The notes: generated by a model from the sequence alone, not told the origin. Counted from the stretch's first letter, positions 34,755-58,800 are shown. The stretch: 64,000 bases of DNA from the human T2T-CHM13v2.0 reference genome, Homo sapiens (GCF_009914755.1 NC_060939.1); one strand, 5' to 3'. Translations and numbers: made by a program.

Positions 34755-36835
34755 AGAGATATGTCACAATGTCTCCAGTAGGCAGAGCCTAGACAAGAGT
34801 TACATCACCTGGGTGATCAGGGCAGAGATATGTCGCACTGCCCCCTGTAAGCAGATCCCAGACAAGAGTTGCATCACCTCGGTGATCAGTGCAGAGATAT
34901 GTCTCAATGCCCCCTGTCGGTGAAGCCCATACAAGAGTTCCATCATCTCGGTGATCAGTGCAGTGATATGTTAAAATGCTCCTGTAGGCAGCGCCTAGAC
35001 AAGAGTTACATCACCTGGGTGATCAGTGCAGATATTTGACACAATGCCCCCAATAGACAGAGCCTAGACAAGACTTCCATCACCTGGGTGATCAGTGCAG
35101 AGATATGTCACAAAGCCCCTGTAGGCAGAGCCTAGGCAAGAGTTACATCTCCCGGCTGATCAGTGGAAAGATATGTCAAAAAGCACTCTGTAGACAAATC
35201 CCAGAAAATTGTTACATCACCTGGGTGATCAGCACAGATATCTGTCACAATTCCCCTTTAGATGCAGCTTAGACAAACTTTACATCACATGAGTGATCAG
35301 TGCAGAGATATGTCACTATGCCCCCATAGGCAGATCCAAGACAAGAGTCCATCACCTGGGTGATCAGTGCAGAAATATGCCACAATGCCGCCAGTAGGCA
35401 GACATAGGCAAGAGTTACATCACCTGCGTGATCACTGCAGAGATATGTCACAATGCTCCTGTAGGCAGAGCCTAGACAAGAGTCCCATCACCTGGGTGAT
35501 CAGTGCAGAGTTATGTCACAATGCCCCCTTTTGGCAGAGCCTAGACAAGGGTTACATCACCTGGGTGATAAGTGCAGAGATGTGTCACAAGCCCCCTGTA
35601 GCCAGAGCCTAGACAAGAGTTACATCAGCTGTGTGATCAGTGCAGTGACATGTCACAATGTCCCTGTGGCCATATCCTTGACAAAAGTGACATCACCTGG
35701 GTGATCAGTGCGGAGATATATCACAATGTCTCCAGTAGGCAGAGCCCAGACAAGAGTTACATCACCTGGGTGATCAGGGCAGAGATATGTCACAATACCC
35801 CCTGTCAGCAGAGCCTAGACAAGAGTTACATCACCTGGGTGATCAGTGCAGAGATAAGTCATAAATCCCACTGTAGGCAGATCCTAGACAAGGGTTGAAT
35901 CACCTGGGTGATCAGTGCAGAGATATTTCACAATGCCCCCTGGAGGCAGAGAGTGGCAAAGAGTTACATAACCTAGGTGATCTGTGCAGACCTACGTCAA
36001 AACGCCCCTGTAGGCAGAGTCTAGATAAATGTTACATCACCTGGGTGATCAGTGCAGAGATACGTCACAATACCCTCTGTAGGTGGAACCTAGACAAGAG
36101 TTACATCACCTGGGTGATCAGTGCAGAAATATGTCTCAAAGCCCCTGTAGGCCGAGCCTAGACAAGAGTTACATCACGTGGGTGATCAGTGCAGAGATGT
36201 GTCATAAATCCCACTGTAGGCAAGGCCTAGACACGTCTTACATCACCTCAGTGATCAGTGCAGAGATATGTCCCAGTGTCCCACTTGGCAGTGCTTAGAA
36301 AAGAGTCACATCTCCTGGCTGATCAGTGCAGAGATAAGTCACAATACCCACATAGGCAGGCCTAGACAAGAGTTACATAACCCGAGTGATCATCAGTGCC
36401 GAGATATGTCACTATGCCGCCATAGGCAGATCCAAGACAAGAGTCCGTCACCTTGGTGATCAGTGCAGAAATATGCCACAATGCCGCCAGTAGGCAGATA
36501 TAGACAAGAGTTACATCATCTCCGTGATCACTGCACAGATATGTCACAATGCCCCTGTAGGCAGAGCCTAGACAAGTGTCCCATCACCTGGGTGATCAGT
36601 GCAGAGTTATGTCACAATGCCCCCTTTTGGCAGAGCCTAGACAAGGGTTACATCACCTGGGTGATCAGTGCAGAGATGTGTCACAAGCCCCCTGTAGCCA
36701 GAGCCTGGATAAGTGTTACATCAGCTGTGTGATCAGTGCAGTGACATGTCACAATGCCCCTGTAGCCATGTCCTTGACAAAAGTGACATCACCTGGGTGA
36801 TCAGTGTGCAGATATGTCACATTGTCTCCAGTAGG
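34755..36835 (+). repeat. Beta satellite array
   Basis: ~30 forward monomers ending at the inversion junction GTAGGCA. Confidence 0.94.
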
Positions 36836-37226
36836 CACTGATCACCCCAGGGAAGAAACACTTTTCTACTCTCTGCCTACAGGAGGCTTTACGACTTATC
36901 CCTGCACTGATCACTAGGTGATGTAACACTTGTCTAGGCTCTGTCTACACGGGAATTTTCACATATCTCTACACTGATCACCTAAGTGATGTATCCCTTG
37001 TCTAGGTTCAGCCTACTGGGGATTTCTGACATACCTATGCACTGATCCCCGAGGTGATGTAAATCATTTCCAGGCTTTTTGTACAGGGGACATTGTGATA
37101 TATCTCTTCACTGATCACCCAAATGATGCACATCTTCTCTAGGCTCCTCAGGGAGGGGGCATTGTGACATATTTCTGAACTGATGATCAAGGAAGATGTA
37201 ACTATTCTCCAGGCTTTGACTAAACA
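36836..37226 (-). repeat. Beta satellite (short reverse block)
   Basis: Reverse monomers; mirror of 18511-18900. Confidence 0.9.
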
Positions 37227-37367
37227 GCGTTGGAAGGTTTTGGGAGAGCCTCAGCTGGAATTTCACAGACGGACAAGGGTACAGAGAGGCCAGCGGGCTC
37301 CCTTGCATGTCAGCTGGGGTGCGCAATGAGCGCAGGTCTAGCCAGGGGCCTGCAAAGAGGGCTAGAG
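37155..37367 (-). other. pLAM-like segment without ATTAAA
   Basis: Acceptor at 37337; PAS position GTCACA 37163-37168. Confidence 0.84.
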
Positions 37368-39959
<2,592 letters not shown>

Positions 39960-42900
39960 ACACATCTCTGAACTGATCAACAAAGTGAGGTAACACTTGT
40001 CTAGGCTGTGCCTGCAGGGGCTTTGTGACATATCTGTGCACTGATCACCCAGGTGATGGGATTTTTCCTAGGCTCTGCCTATGGGGGCATTGTGACATAT
40101 CTCTACACTGATACCCCAGGTGACGTAACTCTTGTGTTGGATCTGCCTATGGGGTCATTGTGACATATTTCTGCAATGATCACCCAGGTGATGGGACTCT
40201 TGTCTAGGCTCTGTATATGGGGGCTTTGTGACATATCTCTGCACTGATCACCAAGGTGATGTAACGCTTGACTAGGCTCTGCCTATGGGACATAGTGACA
40301 TATCACTGCATTGATCACTGAGGTGATGTAACTCTTGTCAAGGCTCTGCCTATAGGGGGCCTTGTGACATATCTCTCCACTGATCACCCAGGTGATATAA
40401 CTCTTGTCTAGGCCCTGCCTACAGGGGGCTTGTGACATATCTCTGCACTGATCACCCAGGTGATATAACTCTTCTCTAGGAACTGCCTACAGGGTGCTTA
40501 GTGACATATCCCTGCAATGATCACCTAGGTGATATACCACTTGTCAAAGTTCTGCCTACAGGGGCATTGTGACAGAACTCTGCACTGATCACCCAGGTGA
40601 TGGGACTCATGTCTAGGCTCTGCCAACAGTGGCATTGTGACATATCTCTGCACTGATCACCCAGGTGATGCAAATCTTTTCTAGGATCTGCCTACAGGGT
40701 TCTTTGTGACATATCCCTGCAATGATCACCCAGGTGATGTAGCACTCGTCAAGGCTCTGCCTACAGGCACATTGCGATGTATCTCTGCACTGATCACCTA
40801 GGTCATATAACTCTTGTATAGGCTCTGCCTACAGTGGCATTGTAACTTATCTCTGCACTGATCATCCAAGTGATGTAAACCTTGTCTAGGATCTGCCTAA
40901 AGGGACTTTGTGACATTAATCTGCACTGATCATCCAGGTGACGGGGCTGTTGTCTATACTCTGCCTAGAGAGAGATTTGTGACATATCTCTGCTCTGATC
41001 GCCCAGGTGATGGAAGTCTTGTCTAGGCTCTGTCTATGGGGACATTGTGTAAAATAACTGCACTGATCACCCAGGTGATGTAACTCTTTTCTAGGCTCTG
41101 TCTACAGGGATTTTAGTGACATATCACAGCACTGATCACCTAGATGATGTAAGCCTTGTATGGGCTTTGCCTACAGAAGGCTTTGTGACATATCTCTGCA
41201 CTGATCTCTGAGGTGATGCAACTCTTGTCTAGGCACTGCCTACAGGGGACATTGGTACATATCTCTGCACTAATCACCCAGGTGATGGACTCTTGTCTTA
41301 GATCTGCCTACATGGACATTGTGATACATCTCTGAACTGATCAACCAAGTGATGAAACTCTTGTCTGGGCTCTGCCCACAGGGGCTTTGTGACACATCTC
41401 TGCACTGATCACCCTGGGGAGGGAACATTTGTCTATGCTCTGCCTACAGGAGGCTTTATGACTTATACCTGCACTGATAACCTAGATGATGTAACACTTG
41501 TCTAGGCTCTGCCTACACGGGAATTCTCACATAACTCTGCACTGATCACACAGGTGACCGACTCTTGTCTTGGATCTGCCTATGGGGGCATTGTGACATA
41601 TCTCTGCACTGATCACCCAGGTGATGTAACTGTTGTACAAGCTCTGCCTACAGGGGCATGGTGAGAGATCTCGCCACTGATCACCCAAGTGATGTAACTA
41701 TTGTCTAGGCTTTGCCTACAGGGGGCTTTGTGACATACCTTTGCACTGATCCCCAAGGTGATGTATCTCATCTAAGTTCTGCCTACAGGAGCTTTGTGAC
41801 ATATCTCTGCACTGATCACTTCAGTGATGTAACAGTTTTATAAGCACTGACTACAGGGAATTTTGACAAATATCTGCACTGATCACGTAGGTGTTGTAAC
41901 TTTTGTCTACCCTCTACCCAAAGGGGGCATTGTGACATATCTCTTCACTGATCACCCAGGTGATGTAACTGTTGTACAAGCTCTGCCTACAGGGGCATGG
42001 TGAGAGATCTCGCCACTGATCACCCAAGTGATGTAACTATTCTCTAGGCTTTGCCTACAGGGGGCTTTGTGACATACCTTTGCACTGATCCTCAAGGTGA
42101 TGTATCTCATCTAAGTTTTGCCTACAGGAGCTTTTTGACATATCTCTGCGCTGATCAATTCGGTGATGTAACAGTTTTATAAGCACTGACTACAGGGAAT
42201 TTTGACAAATATCTGCACTGATCACGTAGGTGTTGTAACTTTTGTCTACCCTCTGCCCAAAGCGGGCATTGTGAAATATCTCTGCACTGATCACCCAGGT
42301 GATTCAACTCTTGTCTAGGATCTGCCTACAGGGGCATTTTAACATATCGCTGCACTGATCACCGAGATGATGTAACTATTGTATAGGCTTCGCCGACAGG
42401 GGGCATTGAGATATATGTTTGCACTGATCACCGAGGTGATGCCACTATTTTCTGGGATCTGCTTACATTGGGCACTGTGACATATCTCTGCCCTGATCAC
42501 CCAGGTGATGTAACTCTTGTCTTGTCTCTGCCTACTGGGGACATTGTGACATGTCTCCAAACTGATCAGCCAGGTGAAGTCACTTTTGTTCAAGGATATG
42601 GCTACAGGACATTGTGACATGTCATTGCACTGATCACACAGCTGAAGTAACTCTTGTCTAGGCTCTGGCTACAGGGGGCTTGTAACACATCTCTGCACTG
42701 ATCACCCAGGTGATGTAACCATTTTCTAGGCTCTGCCAAAATGGGGCATTGTGACATAACTCTGCACTGATCACCCAGGTGATGGGATTCTTGTCTAGGC
42801 TCTGCCTACAGGAGCATTGTGACATATCTCTGCAGTGATCACGCAAGTTATGCAACTCTTGTCTATATCTGCCTACTGGCGGCCTTGTGGCATATTTCTG

Positions 42901-44327
42901 CACTGATCACCCAGGTGATGGACCCTTGTCTTGGATCTGCCTTTGGGGGCATAGTGACACATGTCTGCACTGATCACTCATGTGATGTAACGCTTGTCTT
43001 AGCTGAGCCTGAAGGGGAATTGTGACAGATATCTCCACTGATCACCCAGGTGATGTAACAATTTTCTGGGATTTGTCTACAGGGGGCTTTTTGACATATC
43101 TTTGCACTGATCACCCAGGATATGTAACTCTTGTCTAGGCTCATCCTACAGGGGCTTTGTGACATATTTCTGTACTGATCACCCAGGTGATGTAACTCTT
43201 GTCTAGGCTCCACCTTCAGGGGTTGTTGTGACGTATCTCTGCACTGATCACCCAGGTGATGTAACTCTTGTCTAGGCTCCACCTACAGGGGGTATTGCGA
43301 CGTATCTCTGCACTGATCACCCAGGTGATGTAACATTTATCTAGGCTCTGCCTACAGTGGCGTTTTGACATAGCTCTGCACAGATCACCTGGGTTATGTA
43401 ACCCTTGTCCACTCTCCGCCTACAGGGGCATTGTGAATTATCTCTGCACTGATCACCCAGGTGATGGGACTCTTCTCTATACTCTGCCTAGAGGGCGTTT
43501 GGGACATATCTCTGCACTGATAACCAAGGTGATGGAAGTCTTCTCCAGGCTCTGTCTATGGGGGCATTGTGTCAAATATCTGCACTGATCACCCAGGTGA
43601 TGTAACTCTTTCCTAGGCTCTGTCTACAGGGATATTTGTGTCATATCACTGCACTGATCACCTAGGAGATGTAAGCCTTGTATGGGCTTTGCCTACAGAA
43701 CGCTTTGTGACATATCTATGCACTGATCTCCGAGGTGATGCAACTCTTGTCTAGGCACTGCCTACAGGGGACATTGGTACATATCTCTGCACTGATCACC
43801 CAGGTGATGGACTCTTGTCTTAGATCTGCCTACATGGACATTGTGACACATCTCTGAACTGATCGACCAAGTGATGAAATTCTTGTCTAGGCTCTGCCTA
43901 CATGGGCTTTGTGACACATCTCTGCACTGATCACCCTGGAGAGGGAACTCTTCTCTACACTCTGCCTAAAGGAGGCTTTATGACTTATACCTGCACTGAT
44001 AACCTAGGTGATGTAACACTTGTCTAGGCTCTGCCTACACGAGAATTCTCACATATCTCTGCTGTGATCACCCAGGTGATGTAACTCCTGTCTAGTTTCA
44101 GCCTATAGGAGCGTTTTGACATATCTCTGCACTGGTCACCCAGGTGATGTAACCCTTGTCTAAGCTCTGCCTACAGGGGCATTGTGACAGATCTCTCCAC
44201 TGCTCACCCAGGTGATGTAACCCTTGTCTAAGCTCTGCCTACAGGGGCATTGTGACAGATCTCTCCACTGCTCACCCCGGTGATGTAACAATCCTCTGGG
44301 CTTTTCCTCCAGCGGACTTTATGATAC
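39960..44327 (-). repeat. Beta satellite array, reverse orientation
   Basis: ~64 reverse monomers with local tandem duplications. Confidence 0.95.
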
Positions 44328-45459
<1,132 letters not shown>

Positions 45460-46070
45460 GGCCAGCTTTTCGGGGGCCGGAGAGATGTGAGCAACAGGCC
45501 GTCTTGCACAGGGCAAAGCCACGCGGAAACCAAAATCATGCCTCTGTCGTCCCGAGTGTGTCTCTTCCGTGGTCAGGGCTGTCAGCCTTACGCTCCGTTG
45601 CGGGACTCAGCCTGGGTATGTGCAGTCTGTGAACCATGAGGGTGAAAACCCGACGGCAACCCGAGTCCCGGTCTTTTGTCTCTGAGGAAACCGCCCATTC
45701 CCTGGGCCAAGGAATCGGGGAGAATGAGTGCCCCGCCGGCCGACGTGGCGGCTGTGGGCCGAGCCCTCAGCCCGCGCCGGAAGCTTACCATTTTACCGGA
45801 GGGCGGGGGTCCCGTTCCTCCCCGAGGCCGAAGACCGCTTTTCCTCTGTGCCTTCCTCCCTCTGTCCCCGGCTCCCTCCCGCCTGTCCCCAGTCCCTGTG
45901 TTGCTCTGTCTTTCCCTCCGTTCCTCCCTGCCTCCCTCCCTCCCTCCCTGCTAACGTCCCTCCACCCATCCTTCCACCCCTCTAGGTCTCCCGTTCCTCT
46001 CTCCATCTCTGCCCGCCTTCCCTCCCACCTGGAACGCTCAGCGTCACCGGTGTTCACCGGGCCTGGGGTC
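45460..46070 (-). repeat. D4Z4 inter-gene spacer (proximal D4Z4 part with GGGA-rich tract), present only once in the window
   Basis: GC-rich sequence replaces both beta satellite and pLAM between copies 8 and 7; GCAGACCCCAGGCCCGG continuation at ~46060-46075; CCTCC-rich tract 45880-46030. Confidence 0.85.
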
Positions 46071-48478
<2,408 letters not shown>

Positions 48479-51400
48479 AGACATCTCTGAACTGATCAAC
48501 AAAGTGATGTAACCCTTGTCTAGGCTCTGCCTACAGGGGCTTTGTGACATATCTCCGCACTGATCACCCAGGTGATGGGACTTTTGTGCAGGCTCTGCCT
48601 ATGGGGGCATTGTGACATATCTCTACACTGATCTCCCATGTGATGTAACACTTGTGCTGGATCTGCGTATGGGGGCATTGTGACATATTTCTGCACTGAT
48701 CACCTAGGTGATGGGACTCTTGTCTAGGCTCTGTGTATTGCGGGCTTTGTGACATATCTCTGCACTGATCACCCAGGTGATGTAACGCATGACTAGGCTC
48801 TGCCTATGGGGCATAGTGACATATCACTGCATTGATCACCGAGGTGATGTAACTCTGGTCCAGGCTCTGCCTATAGGGGTTCTTGTGACATATCTCTGCA
48901 CTGATCATCTAGGTGATGTATCTCTTGCTTACGCTCTGCCTGCAGGGGCATTGTGAAATATCTCTGCACTGATCACCCAGGTGATGGGACTCTTCTCTAT
49001 GCTCTGCATACTGGGGCCATTGTCACATATGTCTGCATTGATCACCCTGGTGACGGAATCATGTCTTGGATTTGCCTATGGGGGCATTGTGACATATCTC
49101 TGAACTGATCACCCAGGTCATGTAACTCTGGTCTAAGCTCTGCCTAAAGGGGCATTGTGACATATCTCTGCACTGATCACTCCGGTGATGTAACTATTGT
49201 CTAGGCTCTGCTTAAAGGGGCCTTTTCACATATCTCTGCACTGATCACCGAAGTGATGTAACACTTGTCTAGGCTCTGCTTACAGGGGTATTGTGACATA
49301 TCTCTGCACTGATCACCTAAGTGATGTAACACTTGCGTAGGCTCTGCCTACAGGGGCATTTTGACATATCTCTGCACTGTTAACCGAGGTGATATAACAC
49401 TTCTCTAGGCTGTGCCCACAGGGGGATTGAGACATATCTCTACACTGATCCCGAGGTGATCCACGTCTGGCCTGGTCTCTGCCTACTGGGGACATTGTGA
49501 CATATCTATGCACTAATCTCCCAGGTATAGTAACTTTAGTCTAGGCTCTGGCTACACGGCATTGTGATATATCACTGCACTGATCACCCAGGTGATATAA
49601 CTCTTGTCTATGCTCTGCCTACGTGGGTCGTGTGATATATCTCTACACTGATCACCCAGGTGATATAACTCTTATTTAGGATCTGCCTACAGGGGGCTTT
49701 GTGACATATCTCTGCAATGATCACCCAGGTGATATACCACTTGTCAAGGCTCTGCCTACAGGGGCATTACGATGTATCTCTGCACTGATCACCTAGGTCA
49801 TGTAACTCTTGTCTAGGCTCTGCCTACAGTGGCATTGTGACATATCTCTGCACTGATCACCCAGGTGATATAACTCTTTTCTTGGATCGGCCTACAGGGT
49901 GCTTTGTGACATATCCCTGCAATGATCACCCAGGTGATGTACCACTTGTCAAGGCTCTGCCTACAGGGACATTGCGATGTATCTCTGCACTGATCACCTA
50001 GGTCATGTAACAGTTGTTTAGGCTCTGCCTACAGAGGCATTGTGACATATCTCTGCACTGATTATCCAAGTGATGTAACACTTGTCTAGGATCTGCCTAA
50101 AGGGACTTTGTGACATAACTCTGCACTGATCATCCAGGTGATGGGGCTTTTGTCTAGGATCTGCCTAAGGGGGAATTGTGACATATTACTGCACTGATCA
50201 CCCAGGTGACGGACTCTTGTCTTGGATCTGCCTTTGGGGGCCCTGTGACATATCTATGCACTGATCACCCAGCTGATGTAACTGTTGTACAAGCTCTGGC
50301 TACCGGGGAATTGTGAGAGATCTCACTACTGATCACCCAAGTGATGTAACTATTGTCTACGCTTTGCCTACAGGGGGCTTTGTGATATATATTTGCACCG
50401 ATCACCCAGGTGATGTAACTCTTTTCTTGTCTCTGCCTACAGAGGGCGTTGTGACATCACTCTGCACGGATCACCTGGGTTATGTAACTCTTGTCTAGGC
50501 TCTGCCTACGGGGGCATTGTGACTTATCTCTGCACTGATCACCCAGGAGATGTGACTCTTGTCTAAGCTCTCCCTAGAGGTACATTCGGATATATCCCTG
50601 CACTGATCGCTGAGGTGATGTAAAACTTGTCTAGACTTTGCCTACAGTGGGATTTATGACATATATCTGCACTGATCACCCAGGTGATGTAACTCTTCTC
50701 TAGGCTCTGCTTACAGTGGGTATTGTGAGATATCTCTGCACTGATCACCTAGGTGATGTAACTCTTGTCTAGGCTCTGCCTACAGGGGCATTTTAACATA
50801 TCACTTCACTGATCACCGAGATGATGGAACTCTTGTATAGGTTATACCGACAGGGGGCATTGAGACATATCTCTGCACTGATCACCGAGGTGATGCCACT
50901 CTTGCCTGGGATCTGCTTACAGGGGGCATTGTGACAATATCTCTGCCCTGATCACCCAGGTGATGTAACACTTGTCTAGGCTCTGCCTACTGGAGACATT
51001 GTGACATATCTCTGCACTAATCACCCAAGTGATGTCACATTTGTCAAGGATATGGCTGCAGGGATATTGTGACATGTCACTGCAATGATCTCACAGCTGA
51101 TGTTACTTTTGTCTAGGCTCTGGCTACAGGGGCTTGTGACACATCTCTGCACTGATCACCCAGGTGATGTATCCCTTGTGTAGGCTCTGCCAAAAGGGGC
51201 ATTGTGACATAACTCTGCACTGATCACCCAGGTGATGGGACTCTTGTCTAGGCTCTGCCGACAGGGGCATTGTGACATATCTCTGCAGTGATCACGCAGG
51301 TGATGTAACTCTTGTCTATATCTGCCTACTGGCGGCATTGTGGCATATTTCTGCACTGATCACGCAGGTGATGGACTCTTGTCTTGGATCGCCTATGGGG

Positions 51401-53110
51401 GCATAGTGTCATAAGTCTGCACTGATCACTCATGTGATGTAATGCTTGTCTAAGCTGCGCCTAAAAGGGAATTGTGACAGATATCTCCACTAATCACCCA
51501 GGTGATGTAACAATTTTCTGGGATTTGTCTACAGGGGGCTTTGTGACTTATCTTTGAACTGATCACCCAGGTGATGTAACTCTTGTCTAGGCTCGGCCTA
51601 CATGGGCTTTGTGACATATTTCTGCACTGATCACCTAGGTTATGTAACTGTTGTCTTGGCTCCAACTTCAGGGGTTGTTGTGACATAGCTCTGCACTGAT
51701 CACCCAGCTGATGTAACTCCTGTCTACGCTCCACCTACAGGGGGTATTGAGATGTATCTCTGCAGTGATCACCCAGGTGATGTAACATTTATCTAGGCTC
51801 TGTCTACAGGGGCGTTTTTACATAGCTCTGCACATATCACCTGGGTTATGTATCTCTAGTCCACTCTCTGCCTACAGGGAGCTTTGTGAAATATCTCTGC
51901 CCTGATCACCAAGGTGATGGGACTCTTCTCTATACTCTGCCTATAGAGGGATTTGTGACATCTCTCTGCACTGATCACCCAGGTGATGGAAGTCTTGTCT
52001 AGGCTCTGTCTATGGGGGCATTATGTCAAATATCTGCACCGATCACCCAGGTGATGTAACTCTTTTCTAGGCTCTGTCTACAGGGATTTTTGTGACATAT
52101 CACTGTACTGATCACCTAGGTGATGTAAGCCTTGTATGGGCTTTGCCTACAGAACGCTTTGTGACATATCTATGCACTGAACTCTGAGGTGATGCAAATC
52201 TTATCCAGGCACTGCCTACCAGGGTCATTGGTACATATCTCTGCACTGATCACCCAGGTGATGGACACTTGTCTTAGATCTGCCATCATGGGCATTGTGA
52301 CACATCTCTGAACTGATCAACCAAGTGATGAAACTCTTGTCTAGGCTCTGCTGACAGGGGTTTTGTGACACATCTCTGCACTGACCACCCTGGGGAGGGA
52401 ACTCTTGTCTACGCGCTGCCTACAGGAGGCTTTATGACTTATACCTGCACTGATAACCTAGGTGATGTAACATTTGTCTAGGCTCTGCCTACACGGGAAT
52501 TCTCACATATCTCTGCACTGATCACCCAGGTGATATAACTCCTGTCTACTTTCAGCCTACAGGAGCATTTTGACATATCTCTGCACTGATCACCTAGGTG
52601 ATGTAACCCTTGTCTAAGCTCTGCCTACAGGGGCATTGTGACAGATCTCTCCACTGCTCACCCAGGTGATGTAACAATTGTCTGTGCTTTGCCAACAGGG
52701 GGCTTTGTGATATACATTTCCACTGATCAAACAGCTGATGTAACCCTTGTCAAGGTTCTGCTTACAGGGGCTTTGTGACATATCTCTGCACTGATCACCC
52801 CAGGGAGGAAACAGTTGTCTACACTCTCCCTACAGGAGGCTTTATGACTTATCCCTGCACTGATCACTAGGTGATGTAACACTTGTCTAGGCTCTGTCTA
52901 CATGGGAATTTTCACATGTCTCTACAATGATCACCGAGGTGATGTAAATCATTTCCAGGCTGTTTGTACAGGGTACATTGTGATATATCTCTGCACTGAT
53001 CACCCAAATGATGCAAATCTTCTCTAAGCTCTGCAGGGAGGGGGCATTGTGACATATTTCTGAACTGATCATCCAGGAGATGTAACTATTCTCAAGGCTT
53101 TTACTAAAAA
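48479..53110 (-). repeat. Beta satellite array, reverse orientation
   Basis: ~68 reverse monomers. Confidence 0.95.
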
Positions 53111-53251
53111 GGTTCGGAAGGTGTTGGGAGAGCCTCAGCCAGAATTTCACGGACGGACAAGGGCACAGAGAGGCCAGCGGGCTCCGTTGCATGTCAGCCG
53201 GGGTGCGCAATGAGCGCAGGTCTAACCAGGAGGCTGGCAAAGAGAGCTAGA
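53040..53251 (-). other. pLAM-like segment without ATTAAA
   Basis: Acceptor at 53221; PAS position GTCACA 53048-53053. Confidence 0.84.
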
Positions 53252-55890
<2,639 letters not shown>

Positions 55891-58800
55891 CCATATCTCT
55901 GAACTGATCAACAAAGTGAGGTAACTATTGTCTAGGCTCTGCCTACAGGGGCTTTGTGACATATCTCTGCACTGATCACCCAGGTGATGGGACTTTTGTC
56001 TATGCTCTGCCTATGGGGGCATTTTGACATATCTCTACACTGATCACCCAGGTGACGTAACCCTTGTGTTGGTTCTGCCTATGGGGGCATTGTGACATAT
56101 CTCTGCACTGATCACCCAGGTGATGTAACGCTTGACTAAGCTCTGCCTTTGGGACATAGAGACATATCACTGCATTGATCACCGAGGTGATGTAACTCTT
56201 GTCCAGGCTCTGCCTATAGGGGGGCCTTGTGACGTATCTCTGCACTGATCATCTAGGTGATGTAACTCTTGCTTACGCTCTGCCTGCAGGGGCGTTGTCA
56301 CATATTTCTGCACTGATCACCCTGGTGACGGACCCTTGTCTTGGATTTGCCTATGGGGGCATTGGGACATATCTCTGCACTGATCACCTAGGTGATGTAA
56401 TTCTGGTCTAAGCTCTGCCTAAAGGGGCATTGTGACAGATCTCTGCACTGATCACTCAGGTGATGTAAATATTGTCTAGGCTCTGCTTAAACTGGCCTTG
56501 TCACATACCTATGCACTGATCACCCTTTTGATGTAACTCTTGTCTAGGCTCTGCTTACAGGGGGTATTGTGACATATCTCCGCATTGATCACCAAAGTGA
56601 TGTAACACTTGTGTAGGTTCGGCCTACAGGGGCATTTTGAAATATCTCTGCACTGTTAACCAAGGTGATGTAACTCTTGTTTAGGCTGTGCCCACAGGGG
56701 GATTGAGACATATCTCTGCATTGATCCCCAGGTGATCGAATTCTTGCCTGGTCTCTGCCTACTGGGGACATTGTGACATATCTCTGCACTGATCTCCCAG
56801 GTGTTGTAACTTTAGTCTAGGCTCTGGCTACACCGCATTGTGACATATCACTGAACTGATCACCCAGGTGATATAACTCTTGTATAGGCTCTGCCTACAG
56901 GGGGCTTTTGACATATCTCTGCACTGATCATCCAGGTGATATAACTATTCCCTAGCATCTGCCTACAGGGTGTTTTGTCACATATCCCTGCAATGATCAC
57001 CATGGGGATATACCAATTGTCCAGGCTCTGACTACAGGGGCATTACGATGTATCTGTGCACTGATCACCTAGGTCATGTAACTCTTGTCTAGGCTCTGCC
57101 TACAGTGGCATTGTGACATGTCTCTGCACTAATCATCCAAGTGATGTAACACTTGTCTAGTATCTGCCTAAAGGGACTTTGTGACATAATTCTGCACTGA
57201 TCATCTAGGTGATGGGGCTTTTGTCTAGGCTCCGCCTAAGGGGGAATTGTGACATGTTTCTGCACTGATCACCCAGGTGATGGACTCTTGTCTTGGATCT
57301 GCCTAAGGGGGTACTGTGACATATCTCTGCACTGATCACCCAGGTGATGTAACCCTTGTCTAGGCTCTGCCAAAAAGGGGCATTGTGGCATAGCTCTGCA
57401 CTGATCACCCAGGTGATGGGACTCTTGACTAAGCTCTGCCTTCAGGGGCATTGTGACATATCTCTGCAGTGATCACGCAGGTGATGTAACTCTTGTCTAT
57501 ATCTGCCTACTGGCGGCATTGTGGCATATTTCTGCACTGATTACCAAGGTGACGGACTCTTGTCTTGGATCTGCGTATGGGGGCATAGTGACATATCTCT
57601 GCACTGATCACTCTTGTGATGTAACGTTTGTCTAAGCAGCGACTAAAGGGGAATTGTGACAGATATATCCACTGATCACCCAGGTGATGTAACAATTTTC
57701 AGGGATTTGTCTACAGGGGGCTTTGTGACATATCTTTGCACTGATCACCCAGGAGAGGTAACAAGTCTTGTCTAGGCTGGGCCTACTGGGGCTTTGTGAC
57801 ATACTTCTGCATTGATCACCCAGGTGATGTAACTCTTGCTTAGGATCTGCCTACAAGGGCTTTGTGACATATATCTGTACTGATCACCCAGGTGATATAA
57901 TTCTTCTCTAGGCTCCACCTACAGGGGGGATTGTGACGTATCTCTGCGCTGATCTCCCAGGTGATGTAACATTTATCTAGGCTCTGCCTACTTGGGCGTT
58001 TTGACATAGCTCTGCACAGATCACCTAGGTTATGTAACTCTTGTCCACTCTCTGCCCACAGGGGGCATTGTGAAATATCTCTGCACCGATCACTCAGGTG
58101 ATGGGACTCTTCTCTATACTCTGCCTAAATGGCGATTTGTGACATGTCTCTGCACTGATCACCCAGATGATGGAAGTCTTCTCTAGGCTCTGTCTATGGG
58201 GGCATTGTGTCAAATATCTGCACTGATCACCCAGATGATGTAACTCTTTTCTAGGCTCTGTCTATAGGGATTTTTGTGACATATCACTGCACTGATCACC
58301 GAGGTAATGTAAGCCTTGTATGGGCTTTGCCTACAGAAGGCTTTGTGACATATCTATGCACTGATCTCTGAGGTGATGCAACTCTTGTGTAGGTACTGCC
58401 TACAGGGGACATTGGTACATATCTCTGCACTGATCACCCAGGTGATGGACTCTTGACTTAGATCTGCCAACATGGACATTGTGACACATCTCTGAACTGA
58501 TCAACCAAGTGATGAAACACTTGACTAGGCTCTGCCTACAGGGGCATTGTGAAACATCTCTTCACTGATCACCCTGGGGAGGGAACTCTTGTGTACACTC
58601 TGCCTACAGGAGTCTTTATGACTTATGCCTGCACTGATAACCTGGGTGATGTAACACTTGTCTAGACTCTGCCTACATGGGAATTCTCACAAATCTCTGC
58701 ACTGATCACCTAGGTGACGGACTGTTGTCTTGGATCTGCCTATGGGGGAATTGTGACATATCTCTACACTGATAACCCAGGTGATGTAACTGTTGTATAA

